From: Deinococcales bacterium
GTDB lineage: Bacteria; Deinococcota; Deinococci; Deinococcales; JAAFIG01
Assembly: GCA_031414595.1 (NCBI GenBank)
Contig: JANNVX010000037.1
Coordinates: 1 to 64,000 of the forward strand
Length of the DNA: 64,000 nt
Direction of reading: 5' to 3'
Every line of letters starts with the position of its first letter. Position 1 is the stretch's first letter. Position numbers and translations under genes: made by a program. The notes beneath the pieces are model-generated. The model searched no databases and had not been told where the DNA came from. It worked only from the letters and a program-made list of their open reading frames with translations. Positions 9,624 to 18,875 of the stretch are shown piece after piece.

Positions 9624-10124
9624 ATGATTGAACCGAGTATCGCCTTATACGGCGAATCGTTTAATAAAGTGACCACATCTTTAGATGAGTTGCTGAACAA
9701 AGCTCATGTGCGTTACGCCATGCTGGTGGACCGCAAAGGTTTTGTTCTGGCACACAAAGAGGCGTTGTGGGCACCTAAACCCCCAGCTTTAGACAGCATT
9801 GCCACCTTGATTGCAGGTAACGCGGCGGCGACTGGTGCCTTGGCTAAACTTTTAGGGGAACGCCGCTTTAACGAACTTGTACATCAGGGTGAACGAATTG
9901 GTTTATACGTCGAAGAAATCCAAACCGAAGCGCTGCTGGTGGTTATTTTTGATGAGACCGCGCCAATCGGACGGGTCAAACTCTATGCCAAAACTGCAAT
10001 TAAAGACATTTCAGAAATCATAGAAAACCTCGAGCCAATGCCAGCCATGGACATGGCGATTTTTGGCGCGGATTTCGCCTCGAGTGCAGGGGCGCTCTTG
10101 GACGATCTTTTTAAGAGCAATTAA
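9624..10124 (+). CDS. mglB: Roadblock/LC7 protein MglB (GAP of MglA)
   Basis: LVDRKGFVLAH, LDSIATLIAGNAAAT, IFDETAPIGRVKL; TATACT-N7-ATG; adjacent to mglA. Confidence 0.92.
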   Translation: MIEPSIALYGESFNKVTTSLDELLNKAHVRYAMLVDRKGFVLAHKEALWAPKPPALDSIATLIAGNAAATGALAKLLGERRFNELVHQGERIGLYVEEIQTEALLVVIFDETAPIGRVKLYAKTAIKDISEIIENLEPMPAMDMAIFGADFASSAGALLDDLFKSN

Positions 10125-10182
10125 ATATGACTAACTTCTATTCTTGTAGGGTGAACAACGCCCGTTCTTGTAAGGTGACACT

Positions 10183-10773
10183 GTGAGTACGATTAATTTT
10201 GCGGCTCGAGAAATCAATTGTAAAATCGTCTACTATGGACCCGGGGTAGCTGGTAAAACCACCAATCTGAAGTGGATTTATCAACAAGTTCCAGACACGG
10301 TCAAAGGCGAAATGGTTTCGCTTGCCACCGAAGATGAACGTACCCTGTTCTTTGATTTCTTACCGATTGACCTTGGCACAGTTCAAGGCTTCAAAACCCG
10401 TTTTCATTTGTACACCGTCCCTGGGCAAGTTTTTTACAATGCCAGCCGAAAACTGATTTTACGTGGCGTGGATGGGATTATTTTTGTAGCGGACAGCGCC
10501 CCAAATCGCCTCCGTGCTAATGCCGAAAGTATGCGTAATCTGCGTGAGAATTTGCAGGAATACAGCCTGACTTTAGAAGAAATCCCAATGGTGATTCAGT
10601 TTAATAAACGCGACTTGCCCGATGCCATGCCAATGGACATGCTTAGGGCTGTGATTGACCCCAATTCACAATTTCAGTGTCATGAGGGTGCGGCGGCTTC
10701 TGGAGTTGGGGTTTTTGAGACCCTGCGAGCCGTTTCTAAGCTGGTCTTAGAACGCCTTGCCAAAAGTAAGTAA
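10183..10773 (+). CDS. mglA: Small Ras-like GTPase MglA
   Basis: [37 protein letters not shown]. Confidence 0.97.
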   Translation: MSTINFAAREINCKIVYYGPGVAGKTTNLKWIYQQVPDTVKGEMVSLATEDERTLFFDFLPIDLGTVQGFKTRFHLYTVPGQVFYNASRKLILRGVDGIIFVADSAPNRLRANAESMRNLRENLQEYSLTLEEIPMVIQFNKRDLPDAMPMDMLRAVIDPNSQFQCHEGAAASGVGVFETLRAVSKLVLERLAKSK

Positions 10774-10911
10774 AGCTATCGGTTAGTGGGTCATTTGGGA
10801 AAGTTGGGTATTCTCGACAAGATTTTACGGCACGAATTTCCTTCTTATCAAACGACAAAAGAAAATTCGTGTGGCTCGAGCCTCCTTTTTGTGTGGTATT
10901 TTAACGAGTTT

Positions 10912-11448
10912 ATGATTCCCCTTGTTTCAGAACTCCAAGCCCAACTGACCTTTGAAACATACCTGTCGGCGCCTAGCATTGACGGGGTTTGGCTGCATCC
11001 GCTTCGCAAAAACCGTTCTGAGAATGGCTGGTTTATGGAGTATTTGCGACTATCAAAAGACGGTGTTGATGGTATTCCAACGCCGCTCGAGGTTCGGCAA
11101 ATCAGTATTTCTAAAGCCGCACCTGACCGTGTCAATGCTTTTCATATCCATACAAAATTGCCGCAAAATGAAATCTGGACAGTCATTGATGGTCAACTGA
11201 TGGTTTGGTTGGTAGATTGTCGTGAAAACAGTCCAACCGCACGGGTCAAACGCCGAGTTATTTTATCTTCCGAGCAACCTATGCAGCTTTTTATTCCAGC
11301 AGGTGTAGCGCATGGGTATCAGGCTGGATTGGATGGTGCTACACTGTTATACAGTATGGATCAACAATTTGATTTACAAGACCCCAATGAAGGTCGTTTA
11401 CCTTGGGATTTGTTTGGCACTGATTTATGGCAGGAGAATCGCGGATGA
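10912..11448 (+). CDS. rfbC: dTDP-4-dehydrorhamnose 3,5-epimerase family cupin
   Basis: GWFMEY, AFHIH, VDCRENSPT, LFIPAGVAHGY; within the rml cluster. Confidence 0.85.
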   Translation: MIPLVSELQAQLTFETYLSAPSIDGVWLHPLRKNRSENGWFMEYLRLSKDGVDGIPTPLEVRQISISKAAPDRVNAFHIHTKLPQNEIWTVIDGQLMVWLVDCRENSPTARVKRRVILSSEQPMQLFIPAGVAHGYQAGLDGATLLYSMDQQFDLQDPNEGRLPWDLFGTDLWQENRG

Positions 11449-12449
11449 ATTTACTGATTACTGGTGGTTGTGGTTTTATCGGAGCAAACTTTGTGCGCTT
11501 GCTGCTCGAGCGTGGTTATGAGCAGATGGTGGTGCTGGATAAACTGACCTATGCTGGGCGGCTCGAGAACTTAGCGGCGGTCAATGTGCCAATTGTGATT
11601 GGTGACATCGGGAATCTCGAGTTGGTACGTCATCTGGTAGAAACGCACCAAATAGATACGATTGTTAATTTTGCCGCCGAAACGCATGTCGACCAAAGTA
11701 TTCTTAATCCCTTTGTTTTTACCCAAACCAATGTCCAAGGCACACATGTACTGCTCGAAGTGGCTCGTGAAAAGAATCTGCGCTTTCACCACATCAGCAC
11801 CGATGAAGTCTACGGCACAATCGAAGGCGACCATCATAGTTTAGAAACTGATATTCTTGCCCCTCGCAGCCCGTACAGTGCCAGTAAAGCCGCAGCCGAC
11901 CAATTGGTGCAGAGTTATTATGTGACTTACGGCTTACAAACCACGATTACCAGAGGCAGTAACAATGTTGGGGCGTATCAATTTTTAGAAAAAGTCGTGC
12001 CACTTTTTACCACCAATGCGCTGCTTGACTTGCCGCTTCCAGTCTACGGCGATGGCTTACAAATGCGCGATTACACCCATGTTTCTGACCACTGCACAGG
12101 TATTCTGGCAGTTCTCGAGCAGGGCAGCATCGGCGAAATTTACAACGTTGGGGCTGGACAAGAAATCACCAATATGGCAATGCTTGAAGTCCTGCTCGAG
12201 ACTGTGGGTAAGCCGCGCAGCCTAATTCGTCATGTGACTGACCGCGCTGGGCATGACCGGCGTTACAGCGTCTCGGTCAAAAAACTCGAGAACTTAGGTT
12301 GGACAGCCAAGTACGCCCCCAAAGAAGCGGTGGCTGCTGCTGCCAAATGGTATTTGGATAACCCAGCGTATTGGCAACCAGTACGGCAATCGGCTGGTTT
12401 TATGGCGTACTATAATCGGCAATATGGTAAACGGCTCGAGGTGATTTAG
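11445..12449 (+). CDS. rfbB: dTDP-glucose 4,6-dehydratase
   Basis: TGGCGFIG, DKLTYAG, AAETHVDQS, STDEVYG, YSASK, DRAGHDRRY. Confidence 0.96.
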   Translation: MNLLITGGCGFIGANFVRLLLERGYEQMVVLDKLTYAGRLENLAAVNVPIVIGDIGNLELVRHLVETHQIDTIVNFAAETHVDQSILNPFVFTQTNVQGTHVLLEVAREKNLRFHHISTDEVYGTIEGDHHSLETDILAPRSPYSASKAAADQLVQSYYVTYGLQTTITRGSNNVGAYQFLEKVVPLFTTNALLDLPLPVYGDGLQMRDYTHVSDHCTGILAVLEQGSIGEIYNVGAGQEITNMAMLEVLLETVGKPRSLIRHVTDRAGHDRRYSVSVKKLENLGWTAKYAPKEAVAAAAKWYLDNPAYWQPVRQSAGFMAYYNRQYGKRLEVI

Positions 12450-12691
12450 TGCCACCAAAGATTCGGGAGCTTAAAAAGCAACTCCGAGACGCAGGTTTTC
12501 TCGAGCGACAAGCCAAAGGCAGCCATACAGTATGGTACTTTCCAAATACACCAATTCGTGTCACCATATCTGGAAATGATGGTTCGGATGCTAGAAAATA
12601 TCTCGAGGATGATGTTCGTCGTAAAATTGCAATGCTTTGGGCGCTAAGGGGGAGACATGAATTACTCAATGGACATTCGTTGGTCAGATGA
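12449..12691 (+). CDS. hicA: HicA-family toxin
   Basis: KIRELKKQLRDAGF..AKGSHTVW, conserved GSH. Confidence 0.85.
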   Translation: MPPKIRELKKQLRDAGFLERQAKGSHTVWYFPNTPIRVTISGNDGSDARKYLEDDVRRKIAMLWALRGRHELLNGHSLVR

Positions 12692-12878
12692 AGACCGAGT
12701 ATTTGTGGTTTATTTACCTGAATTTAATTGTTATACCCACGGCGAAACCTATCTCGAGGCAGTCAAAAATGGTCAGGAAGTGCTGGAAATGCTGGTCGAA
12801 GACATGACAACCCACCATGAAACCCTACCTATGCCAAAGCGTTTTGATTCTAGTGAGATATACCAAGGTAAGCTATGA
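12657..12878 (+). CDS. hicB: HicB-family antitoxin
   Basis: WSDEDRVFVVYLPEF..THGETYLEAVKNGQEVL. Confidence 0.9.
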   Translation: MNYSMDIRWSDEDRVFVVYLPEFNCYTHGETYLEAVKNGQEVLEMLVEDMTTHHETLPMPKRFDSSEIYQGKL

Positions 12879-13939
12879 AAGGTCTGATTCTCTCTGGTGG
12901 GAAAGGCACGCGGCTGCGTCCACTGACCCACACCCGAGCCAAGCAACTTGTACCGATTGCCAACAAAGCCAACATTGATTATTGCGTCGAAGACATTGTG
13001 CGGGCTGGCGTAACCGATATTGGGATTATTATTAGCCCAGAAACGGGCGAAGAAGTTCAAAATCATCTTGGTGACGGCTCGAGACTCGGGGCAAAACTGA
13101 CCTATATTCTTCAAGACCGCCCCGGTGGACTGGCTCATGCGGTTAAAATTGCCCAGCCATACCTTGGGTCTGACCCATTTATCATGTACCTTGGCGATAA
13201 TTTACTCGATGGTGGGATTGGTCATATGCTCGAGAAATTCAAAGCCGGCGGGGTCGAAGCCTGTATTTTACTGACCAAAGTCCCTAACCCAAGCAGTTTT
13301 GGGGTGGCAGTGCGTGATGCAAGTGGCAAAATCGTGCGCTTGGTCGAAAAACCCAAGGAATTTATTTCTGATCTTGCCTTGGTGGGTGTGTATTTGTTCA
13401 CTGCAAAAATCCATCAGATTATCGCTGAGTTAAAACCCTCGGCTCGAGGCGAACTCGAGATTACCGAAGCGATTCAGAACTTACTTGAAGCTGGATTTAA
13501 GGTCAATGCCGAAGAAGTGCGAGGTTTCTGGAAAGACACCGGTAATGCCGCCGACTTACTTGATGCCAACCGCCTTGTTCTTTCAAGAATTGTACGTGAT
13601 ATTCAAGGTGAAATTACCGACAGCAATCTGGTTGGCGAAATCAGCCTTGCCAAAGGTGCAAGGGTTATCAATTCAAATATCCGAGGACCTGTAAGCATTG
13701 CCACAGGTGCAATCATCGAAAATGCCTATATTGGACCGTACACCAGTATTGGACAAAATGCGGTGATTAAAAACGCCGAAATTGAGTACAGTATTCTCAT
13801 GCCGGGCGCTAAACTCGAGAATTTAGACAAACGCCTTGACTCGAGTATTTTAGGTGAAGAAGCAACCATCGAAGGCGAAGCCCATAAACGCAATACTGTA
13901 CAGTTTTTCTTAGGCGATAAAAGCAGCGTTAAACTCTAA
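12875..13939 (+). CDS. rfbA: Glucose-1-phosphate thymidylyltransferase (long form)
   Basis: GGKGTRLRPLT, KQLVPIANK, YLGDN, EKP, SARGELEIT, hexapeptide C-terminus. Confidence 0.96.
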   Translation: MKGLILSGGKGTRLRPLTHTRAKQLVPIANKANIDYCVEDIVRAGVTDIGIIISPETGEEVQNHLGDGSRLGAKLTYILQDRPGGLAHAVKIAQPYLGSDPFIMYLGDNLLDGGIGHMLEKFKAGGVEACILLTKVPNPSSFGVAVRDASGKIVRLVEKPKEFISDLALVGVYLFTAKIHQIIAELKPSARGELEITEAIQNLLEAGFKVNAEEVRGFWKDTGNAADLLDANRLVLSRIVRDIQGEITDSNLVGEISLAKGARVINSNIRGPVSIATGAIIENAYIGPYTSIGQNAVIKNAEIEYSILMPGAKLENLDKRLDSSILGEEATIEGEAHKRNTVQFFLGDKSSVKL

Positions 13940-14130
13940 GGATTTGTCCCATAATTATTTCCCGATTTCAATTTGAGACCAAAAATACGCATTGGTCACA
14001 GGGCGGACACGGGGGTCCGCCCCTACCTGACGTGATTTTATGGATTTTGTAAGGACAGACCCCTGTGTCTGTCCTGCTAGGAAACGATGTTTTATCATTT
14101 CCAAATCGGGAAGTTAATTGCGGACAAATC
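13940..14130. mobile_element. MITE copy 1 with an internal GTAG-REP doublet
   Basis: ~30-bp imperfect TIRs (GGATTTGTCC...TTCCCGATTT / AAATCGGGAA...GGACAAATC), TAA on both sides, near-identical second copy at 49074. Confidence 0.85.
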
Positions 14131-14147
14131 TAAGTAGCTCGAGTTCG

Positions 14148-14855
14148 CTAGACTCTGATTATCTCGAGTTCTAATTTGATATTACCGCGTCTAGTTTCGC
14201 CTTCAATCCGCTTAAATTCGATTCGCCCGATGCCTTCGGCTGCCAAAGTATCGCCAACTTTAACGCCTGTGCTGGAGGTGGCAACATTACCATTGACACG
14301 AACTTTTTTACCTTCGATACCAGCTTGAAAATATGCCCTCGAGACCCCAAAACCTTTTGCCCCAACCACATCTAGGCGCAGACTTGGTACGACCACACTG
14401 CGGGTTTTACTGCCGCGCTCAAGGGCTTTTCCTTCGGCGGCGACAAACTGCACCGCAATGGTACGCCCCAGTAAGACCAATTGCTTAATCGTCTCGAGAT
14501 ATTTAAGACCTTTTTGGGTGGTGGCAAACATAAAACCATCACGGTCTTCGCGTATATCGCCCAGTAGTTCTGGGCTTAAACCGAGGGCAATCCGTAAATC
14601 ATCGCTGTCAAAATCGAGTTCGGATTCGGTCTCGAGCCGCAGCACCCGTACAGGGTCATCCACATTGGGAATATGTTCAGGGTAAAGGGTGTAAATCACT
14701 CGACTGGCATCGGGGAAACCACCATGGGCGGCAAAACGAATCCCATCAGCAGCCAAAGCACGGCGGTCAAGTTCTGCGCCTTCAAGAAAAGCTGTACGAA
14801 CCACTCGCCCACCTCGAGCTTGCTGTACTAGGGCGCGGGTGTCCACAACAGTCAT
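14148..14855 (-). CDS. YlmH/Sll1252-like RNA-binding protein with S4 domain
   Basis: GGFPDASR, LLGDI, VPSLRLDVV..FGVSR, KVGDTL..EGIGR. Confidence 0.88.
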   Translation of the reverse strand: MTVVDTRALVQQARGGRVVRTAFLEGAELDRRALAADGIRFAAHGGFPDASRVIYTLYPEHIPNVDDPVRVLRLETESELDFDSDDLRIALGLSPELLGDIREDRDGFMFATTQKGLKYLETIKQLVLLGRTIAVQFVAAEGKALERGSKTRSVVVPSLRLDVVGAKGFGVSRAYFQAGIEGKKVRVNGNVATSSTGVKVGDTLAAEGIGRIEFKRIEGETRRGNIKLELEIIRV

Positions 14856-14932
14856 GCTTAATTTTAACTCGAGTCTGTTGGGATAGGCAATGCTCATACT
14901 ATGGCTGGATAGGCATTGCGTATACTGTGCCG

Positions 14933-15703
14933 ATGAACACAAATTCTTTTTTTAGGCAGTCTTTTTCATGGTGGTGTTTTGAAGGGCGAATTGACCTCGA
15001 AGAAATGCTGATGGCAGCCAAAAAAATTGGGCTAGATGCGATTGAATTGATTGAACCAGAATTCTATCCAATTGTTAAAAAGCATGGTTTAACAATTGCC
15101 TCGCATCGTGGACATGATTCGATAGAGAGCGGCTTAAATGACCACGCTAATCATCAGCGAATCGAACAAGAATTACTGGAGAGTATCCGAATTGCCGAAA
15201 AATGGGGCTGCCCAAATGTGATTGTCTTTGCGGGCGACAGGGCGGCGACTCAATCCGAGCAGATTGGCGCACAAATCACCGCCGAAGGGCTGGCTCGGGT
15301 TGTCCCAGCCGCCGAAAATGCAGGGGTGACACTGGTCTTGGAGTTGCTAAATTCCAAAGTTGACCATCCGGGCTATCAAGCAGACAGCACCGCTTGGGGG
15401 CTTCAGGTTTGCGGGATGCTCGATTCACCTCGGGTTAAACTGTTGTACGACATTTATCATATGCAAATCATGGAAGGTGATGTGATTCGCACAATTTTAG
15501 CAAATCATCGGCAGATTGCCCATTATCATACCGCCGGAAATCCCGGACGTAATAATTTAGATGATTCACAAGAACTGAACTACCAAGCCATTGCCAGAGC
15601 CATCTCGAGTACAGGCTACACTGGGTTTATCGGGCATGAGTTTATACCGCTTGGCGACCCACTAAAAGCCCTCGAGCAAGCCTTCAAAACCTGTCTGGTA
15701 TAG
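14933..15703 (+). CDS. Hydroxypyruvate isomerase family TIM-barrel protein
   Basis: LELLNSKVDHPGY, LYDIYHMQIMEGD, HYHTAGNPGR, GHEFIP. Confidence 0.9.
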   Translation: MNTNSFFRQSFSWWCFEGRIDLEEMLMAAKKIGLDAIELIEPEFYPIVKKHGLTIASHRGHDSIESGLNDHANHQRIEQELLESIRIAEKWGCPNVIVFAGDRAATQSEQIGAQITAEGLARVVPAAENAGVTLVLELLNSKVDHPGYQADSTAWGLQVCGMLDSPRVKLLYDIYHMQIMEGDVIRTILANHRQIAHYHTAGNPGRNNLDDSQELNYQAIARAISSTGYTGFIGHEFIPLGDPLKALEQAFKTCLV

Positions 15704-15705
15704 GG

Positions 15706-16416
15706 TTAAAGCTCAAAACCACCAGCCACTTCAAGCACCTGCCCAGTAATATAACTCGAGCTTGGTTGCACAAAAAACCAAACGGCTTCGGTCAGTTCGG
15801 TCAGTGTCCCAAGTCTGCCCATTGGAATCAGTTCAAGCGGCTTAGAAACGCTATTTTCAATCACCCCCGGGCTGACGACATTGGCTGTGATGCCGTTAGC
15901 AGCTTCGGCTTGGGCAATGGCTTTGGTCAGTAAAATCACGCCAGTCTTGGCAATCACATACGGCAGTACCGTCGGGCGGGCTTGAAGGTGTTGCGTTCCA
16001 GCGAATCCAAGATTGATGATTCGTCCGTAATGTTGCCCACGCATGATTGGCAAGGCTGCATGACAAGTATAAAAAGTGTTATTGAGGTTGCTGTTTAGCA
16101 TTTCATGCCAATCTTCGAGCGTCAGTGTCTCGAGTGGTTTTTTCAGGTAATTGCCAACATTATTGACCAACACCCCAAGCCCACCCAATTCTCGAGATGC
16201 GCTCTGCACCAGTTCTACTGCTTGGCTCGAGTCGCGTAAATCGGCTTGTAGGGCAATGGCTCTGACCCCCAACGCCTCGAGTTCGGCACAGGTGCTTAAG
16301 GCTTCGGCTCGAGAAGAATTATAATGCAAGGCTACGTTGTAACCTTTTTGGGCTAAACGCAAGGCAATGGCACGTCCGATGCCTTTGGCTGCACCAGTTA
16401 CCAGTGCGGTTTTCAT
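15706..16416 (-). CDS. SDR oxidoreductase (pteridine/dihydrofolate reductase-like)
   Basis: TGAAKGIG, ALHYNSS, NNVG, YVIAK, YITGQ. Confidence 0.85.
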   Translation of the reverse strand: MKTALVTGAAKGIGRAIALRLAQKGYNVALHYNSSRAEALSTCAELEALGVRAIALQADLRDSSQAVELVQSASRELGGLGVLVNNVGNYLKKPLETLTLEDWHEMLNSNLNNTFYTCHAALPIMRGQHYGRIINLGFAGTQHLQARPTVLPYVIAKTGVILLTKAIAQAEAANGITANVVSPGVIENSVSKPLELIPMGRLGTLTELTEAVWFFVQPSSSYITGQVLEVAGGFEL

Positions 16417-16832
16417 ACTTTCCTTGGGAATTGATGCTCAACGCACCACTCGAGCAAACGCTTAGTGTACGAATTGATCGGATAGGTAAAAGCCTCTTCT
16501 AAGCTGACCCAAGCAAACTCGGCGATTTCTTCGTTGGGAATAACTGTATCTGAATCGGAGTACGCCACAAACTCGAGACTGAGAAAATGGGCGGGTTTAT
16601 AAAAATTGGTGTCCTCGATAATATCTGAGTAAAAAGCGTACTCTGGATTATAAATCTCGAGTCCGACTTCTTCCTGCATTTCTCGAGACAGGGCAGTCAA
16701 GGTGTCCTCGCCGTAGTCTATTTTGCCACCCGGTACGCCCCAAAGCCCACTCCATTTATGGGTTTTAACAATCAGGACTTTATTTTGATGGGCAATTAAG
16801 GCAGCCACGGCAGGCAGGGGATAAGACTTCAC
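16413..16832 (-). CDS. NUDIX hydrolase
   Basis: PGGKIDYGEDTLTALSREMQEEVGL Nudix box. Confidence 0.9.
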   Translation of the reverse strand: MKSYPLPAVAALIAHQNKVLIVKTHKWSGLWGVPGGKIDYGEDTLTALSREMQEEVGLEIYNPEYAFYSDIIEDTNFYKPAHFLSLEFVAYSDSDTVIPNEEIAEFAWVSLEEAFTYPINSYTKRLLEWCVEHQFPRKV

Positions 16833-16964
16833 CTTCGGAGCTTAAAGCCAATCCAGACTCGAGACAAGCGTATTTGCTACAACTTCAAAGCAATTTGTAT
16901 AAAGCCGATTGGTACGATATGCTAAAAACAGATAAAAAAATAGAAATTACTCAAAAGGAGAAAA

Positions 16965-17339
16965 ATGAAACTTGATTTAATCAGCATTGTGGTACAAGAT
17001 ATACAGCCCAGTTTGGCATTTTATCGGCTGCTGGACTGGGAAATTCCCGAGGTTGGGTTAGACGAAAAACACGTTGAAATTACGCTCGAGAACGGCTTGC
17101 GTTTTGCTTGGGATGACCTCGAGATGATGCGTTCCTTTGACCCAAATGCCAGCATTCAACCGCATACCGTGGGGGCGTTTCTTTGTTCCAGTCCCGAAGA
17201 AGTGGACAGCCAGTACAACACCTTAATCGCGGCTGGGTATCATGGTCACAAAGCCCCGTGGGATGCCTTTTGGGGGCAGCGTTACGCGATAGTGCTTGAC
17301 CCAGATGGTCATGGCATAGACCTATTTGCAGCCCTTTAA
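16965..17339 (+). CDS. VOC/glyoxalase family protein
   Basis: SLAFYRLL, PWDAFWGQRYAIVLDPDG; AAGGAG RBS. Confidence 0.9.
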   Translation: MKLDLISIVVQDIQPSLAFYRLLDWEIPEVGLDEKHVEITLENGLRFAWDDLEMMRSFDPNASIQPHTVGAFLCSSPEEVDSQYNTLIAAGYHGHKAPWDAFWGQRYAIVLDPDGHGIDLFAAL

Positions 17340-17521
17340 CGCAAGCCAAATTTGGGTTTAAGACTGGTCAAATGCACTTGGGCAGCTTGGAGCGAATCAA
17401 ACTCGAGTTGCTGACCATTTTTTAAGTCGGTCAGCAACACATGCTCACCACTGGCACTTGGCTCGAGCCGAAGCAAGTAACTCGAGGCTGGGTGTTTCTT
17501 GGATTTTCGAGGGCTGGTCAT
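17336..17521 (-). CDS. Small hypothetical protein (61 aa)
   Basis: SYLLRL..LTDLKNGQQLEFDSL; has its own promoter with 11-bp direct repeats. Confidence 0.6.
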   Translation of the reverse strand: MTSPRKSKKHPASSYLLRLEPSASGEHVLLTDLKNGQQLEFDSLQAAQVHLTSLKPKFGLR

Positions 17522-17545
17522 GGTGCATTTGATGGTACTAAATAC

Positions 17546-17567
17546 AGCGTCTCAAAAGCGTCTCAAA
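17546..17567 (-). promoter_or_regulatory. 11-bp-period direct repeat (TGAGACG x2) upstream of a -10 box
   Basis: AGCGTCTCAAA x2 on the plus strand. Confidence 0.55.
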
Positions 17568-18402
17568 CCAAAAATTCAAAACCACCCTTGGCATTATTCT
17601 CAAGCCTACCCCAAGCTAGATTTGGGTCGTGCGGTGGGCAGATAACAGCATTTTCGGCGTGCCATTGGGGGAATAATTGTTTGCGAGTCTCAAGCGTCAT
17701 AACGGGGTAAAGGTCGTAACCCATGATGTACGGGTAAGCCACATGAGCGCTGGTCGGCAGTAAATCGGCGGTGTAAATCAGCACTTGTCCATCCGACTCG
17801 AGCCGCACCGCATTCTGCCCAAGGTTATGCCCCGGTATTGGCACAAGACTCAGTTCAGGATAAATCTGGGCTGTACCCTCAAAAGTATCAAATAAGTTCC
17901 GCTCGAGAATTGGTTCAAAATTGTGGGCGTTGTAACTGGCGCGACTTCGTTCATGGGTATGGGTCGCGTCAAATAACTCTTGGACTGAAACAATATAACG
18001 GGCATTCTTAAAAGTTGGCTCGAGCAGTGGCGTGGTGTTGCGCCCAGCATGGTCAAAATGCAAATGGGTGTTAATCACCAAATCAATATCGTCTGGTTCA
18101 AGTCCGACTTCTCGCAGACTCGAGAAGATGCTCTGGTCGCGGTCAATAGCAAACATCGTTTCAAATTTTTCGCCGCTTTTGTCGTCCATACCGGTTTCGA
18201 TTAAAATGTTTTTGCCGCGCAGTTGAATCAGCAACGGATTGATTCGCAGTGCAATACGGTTTTTATCGTCGGGTGGACATTTTTTCTCCCAAAGTACCCG
18301 TGGCACAGTCCCAAACATCGCGCCGCCATCCAAGGCAAACATGCCGTCGGTCAGGCTGTACACATCGGCGATTCCAATTTTTTTGTGCTTTACCCAAGTC
18401 AT
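17563..18402 (-). CDS. MBL-fold metallo-hydrolase (YtnP-like)
   Basis: LDGGAMFGTVP, THLHFDHAG, PGH, MGYDLYP. Confidence 0.92.
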   Translation of the reverse strand: MTWVKHKKIGIADVYSLTDGMFALDGGAMFGTVPRVLWEKKCPPDDKNRIALRINPLLIQLRGKNILIETGMDDKSGEKFETMFAIDRDQSIFSSLREVGLEPDDIDLVINTHLHFDHAGRNTTPLLEPTFKNARYIVSVQELFDATHTHERSRASYNAHNFEPILERNLFDTFEGTAQIYPELSLVPIPGHNLGQNAVRLESDGQVLIYTADLLPTSAHVAYPYIMGYDLYPVMTLETRKQLFPQWHAENAVICPPHDPNLAWGRLENNAKGGFEFLV

Positions 18403-18407
18403 GCTGC

Positions 18408-18827
18408 CTAGTCTACCTTGTCGGCTGCAAGTGGTTGGCGTTCTTGCCAATACAGCCCACAATTGGCAAGAAATTCATCTCGAGATGGCAAGCTAAAATC
18501 GGCGGTTTGATTCTCGAGCAGCACCGCATATAAACGCTGGTCATCGAGCCAACAACGTCCATGTCCTTTTTCATCGCGGTGTTCACGGATGGCATTGCGT
18601 AAACGAGTGATTTCTTTTCGCATTTGCCGCGCCGATAGGGATAAAAGGTCTTGATCGAGTTTTGCACTCCCTTGATTGAGTTTTTGTTTATTCGGTTGTG
18701 CCTCGAGCCTACCACGAACCCAGAGGATTAAATCCTTAAAACTCTCGGGGTGGTAACTCAAGGCTTGGATGCGTAAACTGCGCTCCAAAAAGGCTTGCAG
18801 ATACTTGCGTTTGCTTGGTTTGCCCAT
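18408..18827 (-). CDS. Hypothetical protein
   Basis: ORF with a coiled coil and an HRDEKGHGRCWLDD motif. Confidence 0.65.
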   Translation of the reverse strand: MGKPSKRKYLQAFLERSLRIQALSYHPESFKDLILWVRGRLEAQPNKQKLNQGSAKLDQDLLSLSARQMRKEITRLRNAIREHRDEKGHGRCWLDDQRLYAVLLENQTADFSLPSRDEFLANCGLYWQERQPLAADKVD

Positions 18828-18875
18828 CAAAAAATCGTACACCAAGATTTCTCATTTGGCGAAGGTCAAAATCAA

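Noticed and set aside
9624-10773. mglBA as a novel system
   Set aside because: Well-characterised GTPase/GAP pair already known in Thermus and Myxococcus
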